Part shown: piece by piece, positions 48,687 through 57,772 of the stretch | How positions within the stretch are numbered: the stretch's first letter is position 1 | How the letters are laid out: every line of letters starts with the position of its first letter | Origin: an uncultured Lentisphaeria bacterium | GTDB lineage: Bacteria; Verrucomicrobiota; Lentisphaeria; Victivallales; UBA1829 | Assembly (NCBI GenBank): GCA_949282305.1 | Contig: CASDPB010000047.1 | Span: forward strand, 155,514-219,513 | Length of the DNA: 64,000 nucleotides | Reading direction: 5' to 3' | Position numbers and translations under genes: made by a program | The notes under the pieces: generated by a model | Databases searched by the model: none | Seen by the model: only the letters and a program-made list of their open reading frames with translations | Told to the model about the DNA's origin: nothing

Positions 48687-49715
48687 ATGCCTAAACCGGG
48701 AATAACCTACAAAGGAAAATCAATTGGGGCGTCTGGAAAAGGCGGCTCGAAAAAGAAAAACGGCGAAAGCGCCGGAAGCAGCAGATGGCTCTGGTTCTTC
48801 GCAGTTGTCCTGATCGTTGCCGCCATTGCTTTTGCCGGCTACTGGTTTACACGCAGGCAGACGGTGCTGATTCCCACGACTCAGGAGGTTTCCGAAACGA
48901 TGCGCCGTCTGACGGGCACCGGGGAGGAGGAGCCCGCGGTTCCGGCAAGCAATCTGCCGGTCAGCATTCCGGAGGATCAGGGCATCGCCATCAAGACTCT
49001 GGCAAACGGAGAAAAACTGTTCGCCATGAAGCGTTATTCCGCGGCAAGAGACCATGCGCGGCGCGCAATCGGGATTTTCAAGTATGCGGATCCGAACTGG
49101 CAGAAAAGCGTGGAGCTTCTGAATAAAGCCAGCACCCGGATTCTGAACGGCGACGGCAATTCGCCCGAAACATTCGTGTACACGGTTCAGCGCGGAGACA
49201 CCTTCACCAGAATAGGGGCGAAATTCGGAACAACCGCGGAAGCCGTCCAGCGGATCAATAAAATCTCCATTGCAAGAAGCGACCTGAAAATCGGTCAGGA
49301 GCTGACCGTTTACCATGGCAAATGGAATCTGAAGATCAGCAATGCCCGCAAGAAACTGTTCCTCTATGACGGGCAGAATCTCTTCAAGGTTTATCCGATC
49401 GGCGTTGCCATGGAGTTCAATTCCGCGCAGGGGCTTTACAAGCTCACTTCCAAGGTGAAGTATCCTATCTGGAAATACAAGGAAAGCAGTTACAATCCCG
49501 GCGATCCCCTGAATATTCTCGGCAGCCGGTATCTCGGCTGCGAAGACGCCGCCGATTACAAGATAAAGCAGCCGTTCCTGATTCATGGAACCAACAGGGC
49601 TGAAAATATAGGGAAAACAATCGCCGGACCGGGTTTCATCAGCATGAGGAACGAAGACATCAACGAGCTGTTTTCGATCATCCCGAACGGCATAGAAGTG
49701 GAAGTAATCAGATGA
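48687..49715 (+). CDS. membrane-anchored LysM + YkuD (L,D-transpeptidase)-like protein lacking the catalytic cysteine
   Basis: 342 aa from ATG 48687 (GGGAG SD). TM anchor WLWFFAVVLIVAAIAFAGYWF. LysM YTVQRGDTFTRIGAKFGTTAEAVQRIN. YkuD-like core LIHGTNRAENIGKTIAGPGFISMRNEDINELFSIIPNG, where the usual (S/H)xGC(I/V)RM is GPGFISM. Confidence 0.75.
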   Translation: MPKPGITYKGKSIGASGKGGSKKKNGESAGSSRWLWFFAVVLIVAAIAFAGYWFTRRQTVLIPTTQEVSETMRRLTGTGEEEPAVPASNLPVSIPEDQGIAIKTLANGEKLFAMKRYSAARDHARRAIGIFKYADPNWQKSVELLNKASTRILNGDGNSPETFVYTVQRGDTFTRIGAKFGTTAEAVQRINKISIARSDLKIGQELTVYHGKWNLKISNARKKLFLYDGQNLFKVYPIGVAMEFNSAQGLYKLTSKVKYPIWKYKESSYNPGDPLNILGSRYLGCEDAADYKIKQPFLIHGTNRAENIGKTIAGPGFISMRNEDINELFSIIPNGIEVEVIR

Positions 49716-49762
49716 CTGCCCGTGCGGGGCGGATCGTCCAAGAACAATATCGGAGAAGATAA

Positions 49763-50734
49763 ATGGCTGAAATCGTGCTTGAGTTTGAAAAACCGATTGC
49801 TGAGCTGGAAGCAAAACTTGCGGAATGGGAGTCTCTCAGCTCGTCCAACAATATGAGCGTTGACGACGAACTGAACGCTTTGAAGCGGAAGATTGAGGAG
49901 ACGAAAAGGAATGTCTACAGCTCCCTGACGCCGTGGCAGAGAGTTCAGCTCGCCCGTCATCCGAACCGCCCCTATACCCTGGACTATATAGAGCGCATTT
50001 TCACGGATTTTCTTGAATTCCACGGCGACCGCCGTTATGCGGACGATCCCGCCATCGTCGGAGGGTTCGCCAAACTCGACGGCAATCCCGTCATGGTCAT
50101 CGGGACTCAGAAAGGCAGAAACACCAAGGAAAACGTCTTCCGCAATTTCGGCTGTCCGCATCCGGAAGGCTACAGGAAAGCCCTGCGCCTCATGAAGATG
50201 GCGGATCTCGCGGGGGTTCCTGTCATCACCTTCATCGACACCCCCGGGGCATTCCCCGGAGTCGCATCCGAGGAACGCCACATCGGTGAAGCCATCGCGG
50301 TCAACCTGCGTGACATGTTTTCGCTGACGGTTCCCGTTGTCGCGGTCGTGATCGGCGAAGGAGGCAGCGGCGGCGCGCTCGGCATCGGCGTCGGCAACAC
50401 CGTGCTCATCATGGAAAACGCCTATTACTCCGTGATTACTCCCGAAGGCTGTGCGGCAATTCTGTGGAAAGACCGCGCCTACTCCGAAAAAGCAGCGGAG
50501 GCGCTTCATCTGACCGCAGGCGATCTGACGGAACTCGGTCTGGTTGACGGCATCGTCAAAGAACCTCTCGGAGGAGCGCACAAGGATTACGATACGGCTG
50601 CGGAGCTCCTGAAAAAGTCCGTAGTTTCCGCCCTCGGCAAATATGAAAAGATGTCCGGCGAAGAATTGAAAGCATCCCGTTACGAACGTTTCCGCAGTAT
50701 TGCATTCTATCGCGACCCCTCGGACGCAAAGTAA
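49763..50734 (+). CDS. accA: acetyl-CoA carboxylase carboxyltransferase alpha subunit
   Basis: 323 aa. Conserved RPYTLDYI, PVITFIDTPGAFPG, and VVIGEGGSGGALGIG. Confidence 0.95.
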   Translation: MAEIVLEFEKPIAELEAKLAEWESLSSSNNMSVDDELNALKRKIEETKRNVYSSLTPWQRVQLARHPNRPYTLDYIERIFTDFLEFHGDRRYADDPAIVGGFAKLDGNPVMVIGTQKGRNTKENVFRNFGCPHPEGYRKALRLMKMADLAGVPVITFIDTPGAFPGVASEERHIGEAIAVNLRDMFSLTVPVVAVVIGEGGSGGALGIGVGNTVLIMENAYYSVITPEGCAAILWKDRAYSEKAAEALHLTAGDLTELGLVDGIVKEPLGGAHKDYDTAAELLKKSVVSALGKYEKMSGEELKASRYERFRSIAFYRDPSDAK

Positions 50735-50748
50735 AAAGTGGCGGCATC

Positions 50749-51216
50749 ATGGATCATTTGAACATTCGTCCCGCGGAACCGGGGGATGTCGGAAAAATCT
50801 GGGAACTGCTTGCGGCTTATGCGCACGAGCGGCTTCTTCTCGCGCGTCCGCAGGAGGACATTCAGGAAAAGCTGAAAAATTTCCGCGTCGGGGAAATCGA
50901 CGGGGAATTCATCTGCTGTCTCGCCCTGCGGAATTTCGGCAACGGGCTCTACGAGGTGCGCTCGCTGGCAGTCCGCCGCGAATACAACAATCGCGGCATC
51001 GGTTCCAGACTGGTTCAGGGGGCGGTCGATCACCTGAAGACGCTGGGGAAGCCGTGCCGCGTTTTCGCCTTGACCTACCGCGCTCATTTTTTCCATCGTC
51101 TAGGCTTTCAAACTGTCGACAAGGAACTGTTCCCGCAAAAAATCTGGAGTGACTGCTCGAAATGCCCGAAGAAAGAACATTGCGACGAGACGGCGGTTCT
51201 GCTGGAACTGAACTGA
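50749..51216 (+). CDS. GNAT acetyltransferase of the ArgA/N-acetylglutamate-synthase-like type
   Basis: 155 aa. YEVRSLAVRREYNNRGIGSRLV acetyl-CoA motif and the C-terminal LFPQKIWSDCSKCPKKEHCDETA Cys cluster typical of this small GNAT subgroup. Confidence 0.75.
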   Translation: MDHLNIRPAEPGDVGKIWELLAAYAHERLLLARPQEDIQEKLKNFRVGEIDGEFICCLALRNFGNGLYEVRSLAVRREYNNRGIGSRLVQGAVDHLKTLGKPCRVFALTYRAHFFHRLGFQTVDKELFPQKIWSDCSKCPKKEHCDETAVLLELN

Positions 51217-53123
51217 TTCACCTGACGCCCCACCACGACGATCCGGAGGAAGCCGCGCAAATCCGCGACTCCTTCAAGGCGGTGCGCAGCGACAAGGTGG
51301 ATCTCTTTGTCTATGGCACCATGATGAACGATCATCATGTCCGTCTGCTGTTCAACCGCAAAGTGGACAGCGAACCGGCAATTCTCCATAATTATATGCG
51401 TGTCGTTCCTCCGGGAGCTTTCTTCTTCATCGTCAAACAGCACGGCGCGGTCACGCAGGGGCGCCTACTGAAAGATCTTACCCGCGAAGAGCTTGCGCGG
51501 ATCGACGCCTTCGAGGACGAAGGCAATCTCTATTACAGAAAAGTGGTCGTCGTCCGCACGCAGGAAAACCGGCGGCGGCGCTGCATGACCTACGTCGGCA
51601 ACATTTCCGCGCTCCAGAAATCCTTCGGGAAGGAAATTCTCTTTGAAGACCGTTACAGTCTCTATCTGGAGCGAAAAATCGACCAGATTCTCGAGAAGAT
51701 CGAACCGGACCGCCACGAAATCACGCGCCGCGCCCTCCGCGAACTCATGGGTTCGGCGGTGGACAGCCTGATCGAATCTCATTTCGACGGCAATTACATC
51801 TGCAACTATATCATGATTCAGGCATTCAATGATGCGCGGCCTCCCCTTCTGGCGAATGTCATGGCGATTGAGGAACTGCGTCCCTACGCGGACAATTATA
51901 TCCGCTTTGCCTGCAAGCACATCATTTTCAATCAGCTTGTGGAACTGATCCGCCACCATTTCCCCGACGCCGTCCGCCTCTCGAAGAAATATTTCAGACA
52001 CGGTGTTGCAATCCTGCTGGCGTTTCTTTACTACAACGGGCGTTATGAACGCATCCGCAGGTTGATGATGGAAAAGTCGCTGGATCGGATCGTTCCGGGG
52101 CGTCTTTACCGGGATTACGCAGTGCTCTGCATCAATCTGGTTGAGGAAATCTACAACCGCGATGAAATGGCGGCGATCTGCAACGATGTAGATCAGCACT
52201 GGTATTCCACACCGACGCCGCTGGGAGCGGAACTGGAATTCAGTCATCTCGGCGCGCGTGCAGTGGTGGCGGAGCCCGGCGAAGACCAGTTCTACGACGG
52301 TTTCTTCTGGTTCAACGACTTCGATCTCCAGCGCCGCACCTGGCGCATGGGGGGGCACGTGGATTCCCATAGGACAGTGGTCGCGGGAAACGAGCGTCAC
52401 CGCGGCTTTTTTGAATATGCCTTCGGACGCTTCAATATCGTCGGCGACCTCTCGCGCCCTCTGTTCGACTGTCCGTGGGCAATGTCCAAACTGATTAATG
52501 AAGCGGTGCGTTTTCTGGACATTCCTCCGCACAGTCTCCACATTTCCATGGAACTCTCCGGCGAAAAGCATTCGCACATCACCGCGGTGCCGCACAAATT
52601 CAGCGATCTGGCGTGTCTGCTGATGCTCGGGGGGGATCTGCGCAGGGATGACGAAGGCAGACTCCGCGAATGGCGTATCTTCAACAGGGAACTGGACACC
52701 AACATGCGCGGCTCCCTGAATTTCTCGGACCGCAAATACCATTACAGCCGTCCGGAGCAGAGCGAAGACGAGGCGTCGGACGTCATGGAATACAAGTTTC
52801 TGCGTCTGCGGGAGGAAGAGACGGACTACTCCAATGTGATCGTGGCATTGAAAGGTTATCAGTTCGGCACCCACGCCCGCCCGATTTCCATTCCGAAACA
52901 AGGGCAGCCGGAGCTTCCGGAACAGCTTTTTCTGCGTGAGTGGGCGGCTTCTCCCCAGTCGCTCTCCATTCCGGAAATCCAGGCGTTCGTCGATACGGTC
53001 GAACGGGGGCTCTGCGAAGAACACAACGTGAAGAAAGTGAATAAACGCGGACAGACCTATCTCGAAAACATCTATTTCACGCTGCTGGAAAGGAATGCCT
53101 ATGTCGCAAAGAATGCCAGATAG
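51162..53123 (+). CDS. fusion protein: N-terminal gamma-glutamylcyclotransferase (GGCT/AIG2-like) domain + about 500-aa uncharacterised domain
   Basis: 653 aa if ATG 51162 is used (55-nt overlap with the GNAT gene; alternative GTG starts at 51282 and 51297). GGCT motifs DLFVYGTMMN and RIDAFEDEGNLYYRKVVVV. The remainder matches no family I recognise. The 3' end overlaps murI by 29 nt. Confidence 0.65.
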   Translation: MPEERTLRRDGGSAGTELIHLTPHHDDPEEAAQIRDSFKAVRSDKVDLFVYGTMMNDHHVRLLFNRKVDSEPAILHNYMRVVPPGAFFFIVKQHGAVTQGRLLKDLTREELARIDAFEDEGNLYYRKVVVVRTQENRRRRCMTYVGNISALQKSFGKEILFEDRYSLYLERKIDQILEKIEPDRHEITRRALRELMGSAVDSLIESHFDGNYICNYIMIQAFNDARPPLLANVMAIEELRPYADNYIRFACKHIIFNQLVELIRHHFPDAVRLSKKYFRHGVAILLAFLYYNGRYERIRRLMMEKSLDRIVPGRLYRDYAVLCINLVEEIYNRDEMAAICNDVDQHWYSTPTPLGAELEFSHLGARAVVAEPGEDQFYDGFFWFNDFDLQRRTWRMGGHVDSHRTVVAGNERHRGFFEYAFGRFNIVGDLSRPLFDCPWAMSKLINEAVRFLDIPPHSLHISMELSGEKHSHITAVPHKFSDLACLLMLGGDLRRDDEGRLREWRIFNRELDTNMRGSLNFSDRKYHYSRPEQSEDEASDVMEYKFLRLREEETDYSNVIVALKGYQFGTHARPISIPKQGQPELPEQLFLREWAASPQSLSIPEIQAFVDTVERGLCEEHNVKKVNKRGQTYLENIYFTLLERNAYVAKNAR

Positions 53124-53934
53124 GACCAATCCGCCGGACAATCGTCCCATCGGCGTTTTCGATTCCGGAATCGGAGGGCTGACTGTCGTGCGCGCCCTGC
53201 GGTGCGCCCTGCCGAATGAGGACATCTGCTACCTCGGCGACACGGCGCGTGTCCCCTACGGCAGTAAATCCGTGGATTCGATCATCCGTTTTGCCGGGGA
53301 AGACGCCGCATTTCTTGTGGAAAAAGGGGTCAAGGCGCTGATCGTTGCCTGCAACACCGCTTCCGCCGTGGCAATGGATTCCCTGCGGAAACACTTTCCC
53401 GCCCTTCCCGTCATGGGAGTGATTGAAGCCGGGATCGAAGCCGTCATGCGAACCGGCGCGGAACGGATCACGGTCATCGGGACACGTGCAACGGTCAGCA
53501 GCGACGCCTACCGGCGCGGACTTCACGAACGCAGACCGTCGCTCCTGATCGAAAGCATTCCGTGCCCGCTTTTTGTCCCGCTGGCTGAAGAGGGGCAGTT
53601 TGAGGGCAAACTTGCGGAGGAGGCGTTTGACCTTTATCTTTCGCATCTGCGCAGATCGCCGCCGGAGGTGCTTCTGCTCGGCTGTACGCATTATCCGCTT
53701 TTCCGCCAGGCGCTGGAACGTTATTTTGAATGAAAAGTGAGGATCATCGACAGTGCGGAGGCGTGCGCGGAATCCGCACGTGTGTTTCTTGATGGAAATT
53801 CCATTGCGGCAAGCCTTGCAAAAACAGGGAATGTACGCTATTATTTTACGGATCTGCCGTCCGACTTCAACGGCGGTCTGTGGCGTTTTCTCGGCAGCGC
53901 GCCTTCCTATATGGAAAAAGCGCAGCTGGGATAG
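53095..53934 (+). pseudogene. murI: glutamate racemase reading frame interrupted by one in-frame TGA (53731-53733): pseudogene, assembly error or read-through gene
   Basis: IGVFDSGIGGLTV, first catalytic motif VACNTAS, second LGCTHYP, then ..ERYFE*KVRIIDSAEACAE.. continuing in the same frame to TAG 53932-53934. The combined length of 279 codons is normal for MurI. Confidence 0.75.
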
Positions 53935-53975
53935 TCGGAAAACAAAAATGAATCCTATTCGGAGAAGAAAAAGTA

Positions 53976-55580
53976 ATGAATGAAAAGCGGGAACATTGGT
54001 CTGGGAACTGGGGATTCCTGATGGCTCTGGCGGGTTCGGCAATCGGTCTCGGCAACATCTGGAAATTCCCTTATGTAACAGGAAAATACGGAGGCGGGGC
54101 ATTTGTCCTCGTCTATCTGTGCTGCATCATGGTGATCGGGATTCCGATCCTGATCGGGGAACTGACCATCGGGCGCGCCACGGGTCTGAATCCCGTCGAA
54201 GCCTTCGCGGCGCTCTGCCCGAAACGTTCCAAACTGGCGGACTTTCTCGGCGGCATCGTTCTGCTTTCGGGAATCGCCCTGATCACTTTCTCCCAGATAG
54301 GCTACGGCATTCTGGTCATGATTCTCGGCGCCGCCATTCTCTACGGAGGATGGAAAACAATCGGGCTGGTCAGCGGCGTCATCACCCCTTTTCTGATTCT
54401 CGGCTATTACGGCGTGGTCGGCGGCTGGACGCTGATCTATGCGGTCAAAGCCGTCACCGGCAATCTCGTGTTCAAGACCGCAGCGGAAGCACAGGCGGCA
54501 TTTCTTCCGATTCAGCAGGCGGCTCCCGGAACCTGGTGGTATGTGATCGGCGGACAGCTTGCATTCATGACATTGTGCGGAATCGTCCTCTGGTTCGGGG
54601 TTAAAAAGGGAATTGAGCGCTGTTCCAAGGTGCTGATGCCGTCACTCTTCCTCCTGCTGATCGTGCTGATTCTGCGCAGCATCTCCCTGCCGGGAGCAAG
54701 CGCCGGAATCAAGTTCTTCCTTTCGCCGGACTTTTCAAAACTCTCCGCCGAAGCGGTGCTTGTGGCGCTGGGACAGGCATTTTACACGCTGAGTCTCGGC
54801 ATGGGCATCTCCATTGTATACGGCAGCTACGTCAAGAAGGAAACAAACCTTCCGAAGAGCGTTCTTCAGCTGATCGGGCTGGACACGATGGTGGCAATGA
54901 TGGCGGGACTGGCAATCTTCCCCGCAGTCTTCGCCATGGGATTCGAGCCGGCGGCGGGCGAGGGACTGGTGTTCCAGATTCTTCCGACCGCATTCAACAT
55001 GATTCCCGGCGGACTCGGCCCCGTCTGGAGCACATTCTTCTTCATTGCCGTGGCAATCGCCGCCATCACGAGCGGCATCAGCCTCATGGAAGTGATCGTG
55101 TCCGTACTGATTGACTACTTCAAAATGAAACGCCGGACGGCGGTGCTTCTGTCCTGGAGCACCATCTCCGTCCTCGGCGTCTTCTGTTCCATCAGCATGA
55201 GTTCCTGGAAAAACATTCCGTGGATGGAAAAGGGACTGACCACTCTCTTCGGAACACCTCCCGAAAGCCTGTTCCTGACGCTGGACAACCTGACCGCGAA
55301 CTGGTTTCTTCCGGCGGCGGGCATGGCAATTTCATTTTTCGTCGGCTGGGTATGGGGCGTGCGCAACGCCATGAATGAAATCCGCAGAGGCGCGGGACGC
55401 GAGCTGGATACCAACTTCTTCATTCTGCTTTCCGGCATGCGCGGCGAATCCGGTTACGGTGATTCCTACAAGCATATTTTCACTCCGGCATCCGTCTGGG
55501 GATTCTTCATTCGTTTCATCACGCCGATCAGCGTCATGTTCGTGTTCCTGAATATGACGGGAGCCATCAAGTTCAACTGA
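53976..55580 (+). CDS. sodium-dependent transporter, neurotransmitter:sodium symporter (SNF/NSS) family
   Basis: 534 aa. N-terminal signature WGFLMALAGSAIGLGNIWKFPY. About 12 hydrophobic segments. Confidence 0.9.
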   Translation: MNEKREHWSGNWGFLMALAGSAIGLGNIWKFPYVTGKYGGGAFVLVYLCCIMVIGIPILIGELTIGRATGLNPVEAFAALCPKRSKLADFLGGIVLLSGIALITFSQIGYGILVMILGAAILYGGWKTIGLVSGVITPFLILGYYGVVGGWTLIYAVKAVTGNLVFKTAAEAQAAFLPIQQAAPGTWWYVIGGQLAFMTLCGIVLWFGVKKGIERCSKVLMPSLFLLLIVLILRSISLPGASAGIKFFLSPDFSKLSAEAVLVALGQAFYTLSLGMGISIVYGSYVKKETNLPKSVLQLIGLDTMVAMMAGLAIFPAVFAMGFEPAAGEGLVFQILPTAFNMIPGGLGPVWSTFFFIAVAIAAITSGISLMEVIVSVLIDYFKMKRRTAVLLSWSTISVLGVFCSISMSSWKNIPWMEKGLTTLFGTPPESLFLTLDNLTANWFLPAAGMAISFFVGWVWGVRNAMNEIRRGAGRELDTNFFILLSGMRGESGYGDSYKHIFTPASVWGFFIRFITPISVMFVFLNMTGAIKFN

Positions 55581-55590
55581 AAAAACAAAA

Positions 55591-55635
55591 GGGTGGAAAC
55601 AGAGAAAACGGAATCTCTTTTCCACCCGTCTTCCA
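55591..55635 (+). terminator. candidate terminator after the NSS transporter gene
   Basis: 9-bp stem gggtggaaa/tttccaccc (55591-55599 / 55619-55627) starting 11 nt after the TGA. The trailing sequence is only moderately T-rich. Confidence 0.4.
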
Positions 55636-55745
55636 TTTCCCTCCCCCGGGAAAGCATAATTTTTCATTTTTTCTTCTGAAAACCGCTTTCTTTGACAGCT
55701 TCCTATGATAAATTAAGTGCCCGTCAAAACAACAAGAAGGCATTT

Positions 55746-56885
55746 ATGTCTGAAATTCTCAGAATCGAAAACATCAGCAAGAGCTTCGGCTCTCAGAAAG
55801 TCCTTGACCACATTTCCCTTTCCATCGGTGCCGGCGAGATTTTTTCCATGCTCGGTCCCAGCGGCTGCGGGAAAAGCACCCTGTTGAGGATCTGCGGAGG
55901 CTTTGAAGAGCCGGACGAGGGACGGATCATCCTGGACGGGGAGGACATTACACGTGTTCCCCCCAATAAACGCGGAATTCACACGGTATTTCAGAGCTAT
56001 GCGCTCTTTCCGAACATGACCGTGTGGGACAATATCGCGTTTCCCCTGAAAATCGCAAAGGCGGAGAAGAAGTACATCAGACAGGAGGTCGAGAAATATC
56101 TTGACATGATCCAGATGACCGAACACGCCGACAAGAAACCGCGGGAACTCAGCGGCGGTCAGAAGCAGCGTGTCGCAATCGCCCGCGCCCTCGTGAACCG
56201 TCCGAAAGTGCTTCTGCTGGACGAGCCTCTTGCCGCGCTGGATCTGAAACTGCGCCAGAGAATGCTGGTGGAACTGGATTCCCTGCATGAAGACGTCGGC
56301 ATTACATTCGTCTACGTGACCCATGACCAGCAGGAGGCAATGAGCATCAGCAACCACATCGCCGTCATGCACCAGGGAGTTGTGGAACAGGAGGGGACAC
56401 CGACTGAAGTCTACGAGGCGCCGAAAAACAGTTTCGTCGCCGCATTCATCGGAGACACCAATTTTTTCGAGGGGACAATCTGCGACCTGCACGGCGACTA
56501 CTGCATCCTGAAAATCGAAGGGTTTCCCCCGTTGGAAGTCTTCAACGACAAAAAGATGAAGGAAGGCGAACACGCCCACCTGAGCATACGCCCGGAAAAA
56601 TTCTCGGTCACGCTCGAAAAACCGGAAAATCTGCCGCCCCGGACCAATCTCTTCCGGGGCAGAGTGGAGGATGTGATTTATCTCGGTGCACAGACACGGC
56701 TCTGGATCCGCGTCGGAGAACGTCTTGTCGCCGTGGTGAAGCAGCACACGTCGTTTGCGCTCGACCGGAAAATCCGTTACAAAGACGATGTCTGGCTCAC
56801 CTGGCACGCCGACAACGCATATATGCTGGAGGACTACCGTCCCGCGGATGAATCTCTTGTCCTCCACCCGGATATCGGAAAATGA
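55746..56885 (+). CDS. potA: spermidine/putrescine ABC transporter ATP-binding protein
   Basis: 379 aa from ATG 55746. Walker [23 protein letters not shown], and a C-terminal TOBE-like domain. Confidence 0.9.
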   Translation: MSEILRIENISKSFGSQKVLDHISLSIGAGEIFSMLGPSGCGKSTLLRICGGFEEPDEGRIILDGEDITRVPPNKRGIHTVFQSYALFPNMTVWDNIAFPLKIAKAEKKYIRQEVEKYLDMIQMTEHADKKPRELSGGQKQRVAIARALVNRPKVLLLDEPLAALDLKLRQRMLVELDSLHEDVGITFVYVTHDQQEAMSISNHIAVMHQGVVEQEGTPTEVYEAPKNSFVAAFIGDTNFFEGTICDLHGDYCILKIEGFPPLEVFNDKKMKEGEHAHLSIRPEKFSVTLEKPENLPPRTNLFRGRVEDVIYLGAQTRLWIRVGERLVAVVKQHTSFALDRKIRYKDDVWLTWHADNAYMLEDYRPADESLVLHPDIGK

Positions 56886-57772
56886 AAACCTCCGCAAGAA
56901 AAAAACTCAATGAGATTCTCCTCTCCTCGCCGTCGATGATCTGGCTGATTCTCTGGTTCGTGATCCCGACCGTCATCGTGTTCCTGATGGCATTCAAGCC
57001 AGTGGATCCATGGGGCGGAATCGGTTCCGGCTGGACTCTGCAGACAATCCGGGAGCTCTCGAACCCGAACTATCCCGAAATCGTCGTCAGGACTCTGGCG
57101 CTCGGCGTCGGTTCGACTCTGATCTCCATCCTGATCGCCCTGCCGCTGGGGTATTATCTGGCGCGCGTCCCGAAGAAACTGCGCGACCTGCTCCTGCTGC
57201 TGATTATTATTCCTTTCTGGACCAACTTCCTGATCCGCATCTTCGCATGGAAGGTTCTGCTCCATGCGGAGGGGCCCCTCGCAAGATTTCTAATTTATGT
57301 CGGGGTTCTGCCGCAGGACGCGACTCTGCTTTACAATCCGTGGGCGGTGCTGGCAGTCATGGTCTATTCCTACCTTCCGTTCGCGATTTTGCCGGTCTAT
57401 GCGGCGGCGGAGAAGTTCGACTTTTCCCTGATCGAAGCCGCACAGGACCTCGGAGCGACACGGCTTCAGGCATTTTTCCGCGTTTTCATTCCCGGTATCA
57501 GCCGGGGCATCTGGACCGCGACCATCGTGGTATTGATTCCTGCGCTCGGTGCGTATCTGATTCCGGACCTCGTCGGCGGAACCGCCAGCGAACTGATCGG
57601 CGACAAAATCGCGCAGCGCACATTCATCGACCGCAATCTGCCGCACGCCAGCGCACTGTCCGCACTGCTGATGTTCGTCGTGATGATCCCGATTTTCTTC
57701 GTCGTGTTCTTCACCGGCTCCCGCAAGTCCATCACGGGAACCGGGCATTCACGGGGAGTGAAGCAGAAATGA
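56882..57772 (+). CDS. potB: spermidine/putrescine ABC transporter permease
   Basis: 296 aa, polytopic. EAAQDLGATRLQAFFRV loop. ATGA overlaps on both sides. Confidence 0.85.
   Translation: MKTSARKKLNEILLSSPSMIWLILWFVIPTVIVFLMAFKPVDPWGGIGSGWTLQTIRELSNPNYPEIVVRTLALGVGSTLISILIALPLGYYLARVPKKLRDLLLLLIIIPFWTNFLIRIFAWKVLLHAEGPLARFLIYVGVLPQDATLLYNPWAVLAVMVYSYLPFAILPVYAAAEKFDFSLIEAAQDLGATRLQAFFRVFIPGISRGIWTATIVVLIPALGAYLIPDLVGGTASELIGDKIAQRTFIDRNLPHASALSALLMFVVMIPIFFVVFFTGSRKSITGTGHSRGVKQK

Noticed and set aside
51465-53225. 586-aa minus-strand ORF antisense to the GGCT-fusion gene
   Set aside because: No motifs and shadow composition. The plus-strand frame contains a clear GGCT domain and fits the operon spacing.
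53731-53733. Genome-wide UGA reassignment (code 4/25) or selenocysteine as the explanation for the murI TGA
   Set aside because: TGA terminates many well-defined neighbouring genes at their expected ends. The position is not catalytic. A downstream hairpin exists, but nothing else indicates a SECIS. This is kept only as a minor alternative within the murI finding.
57010-57768. N-terminal 253-codon extension of the potC ORF
   Set aside because: It lies entirely over potB in another frame. The ATG at 57769 gives a canonical ATGA coupling and a normal PotC length.
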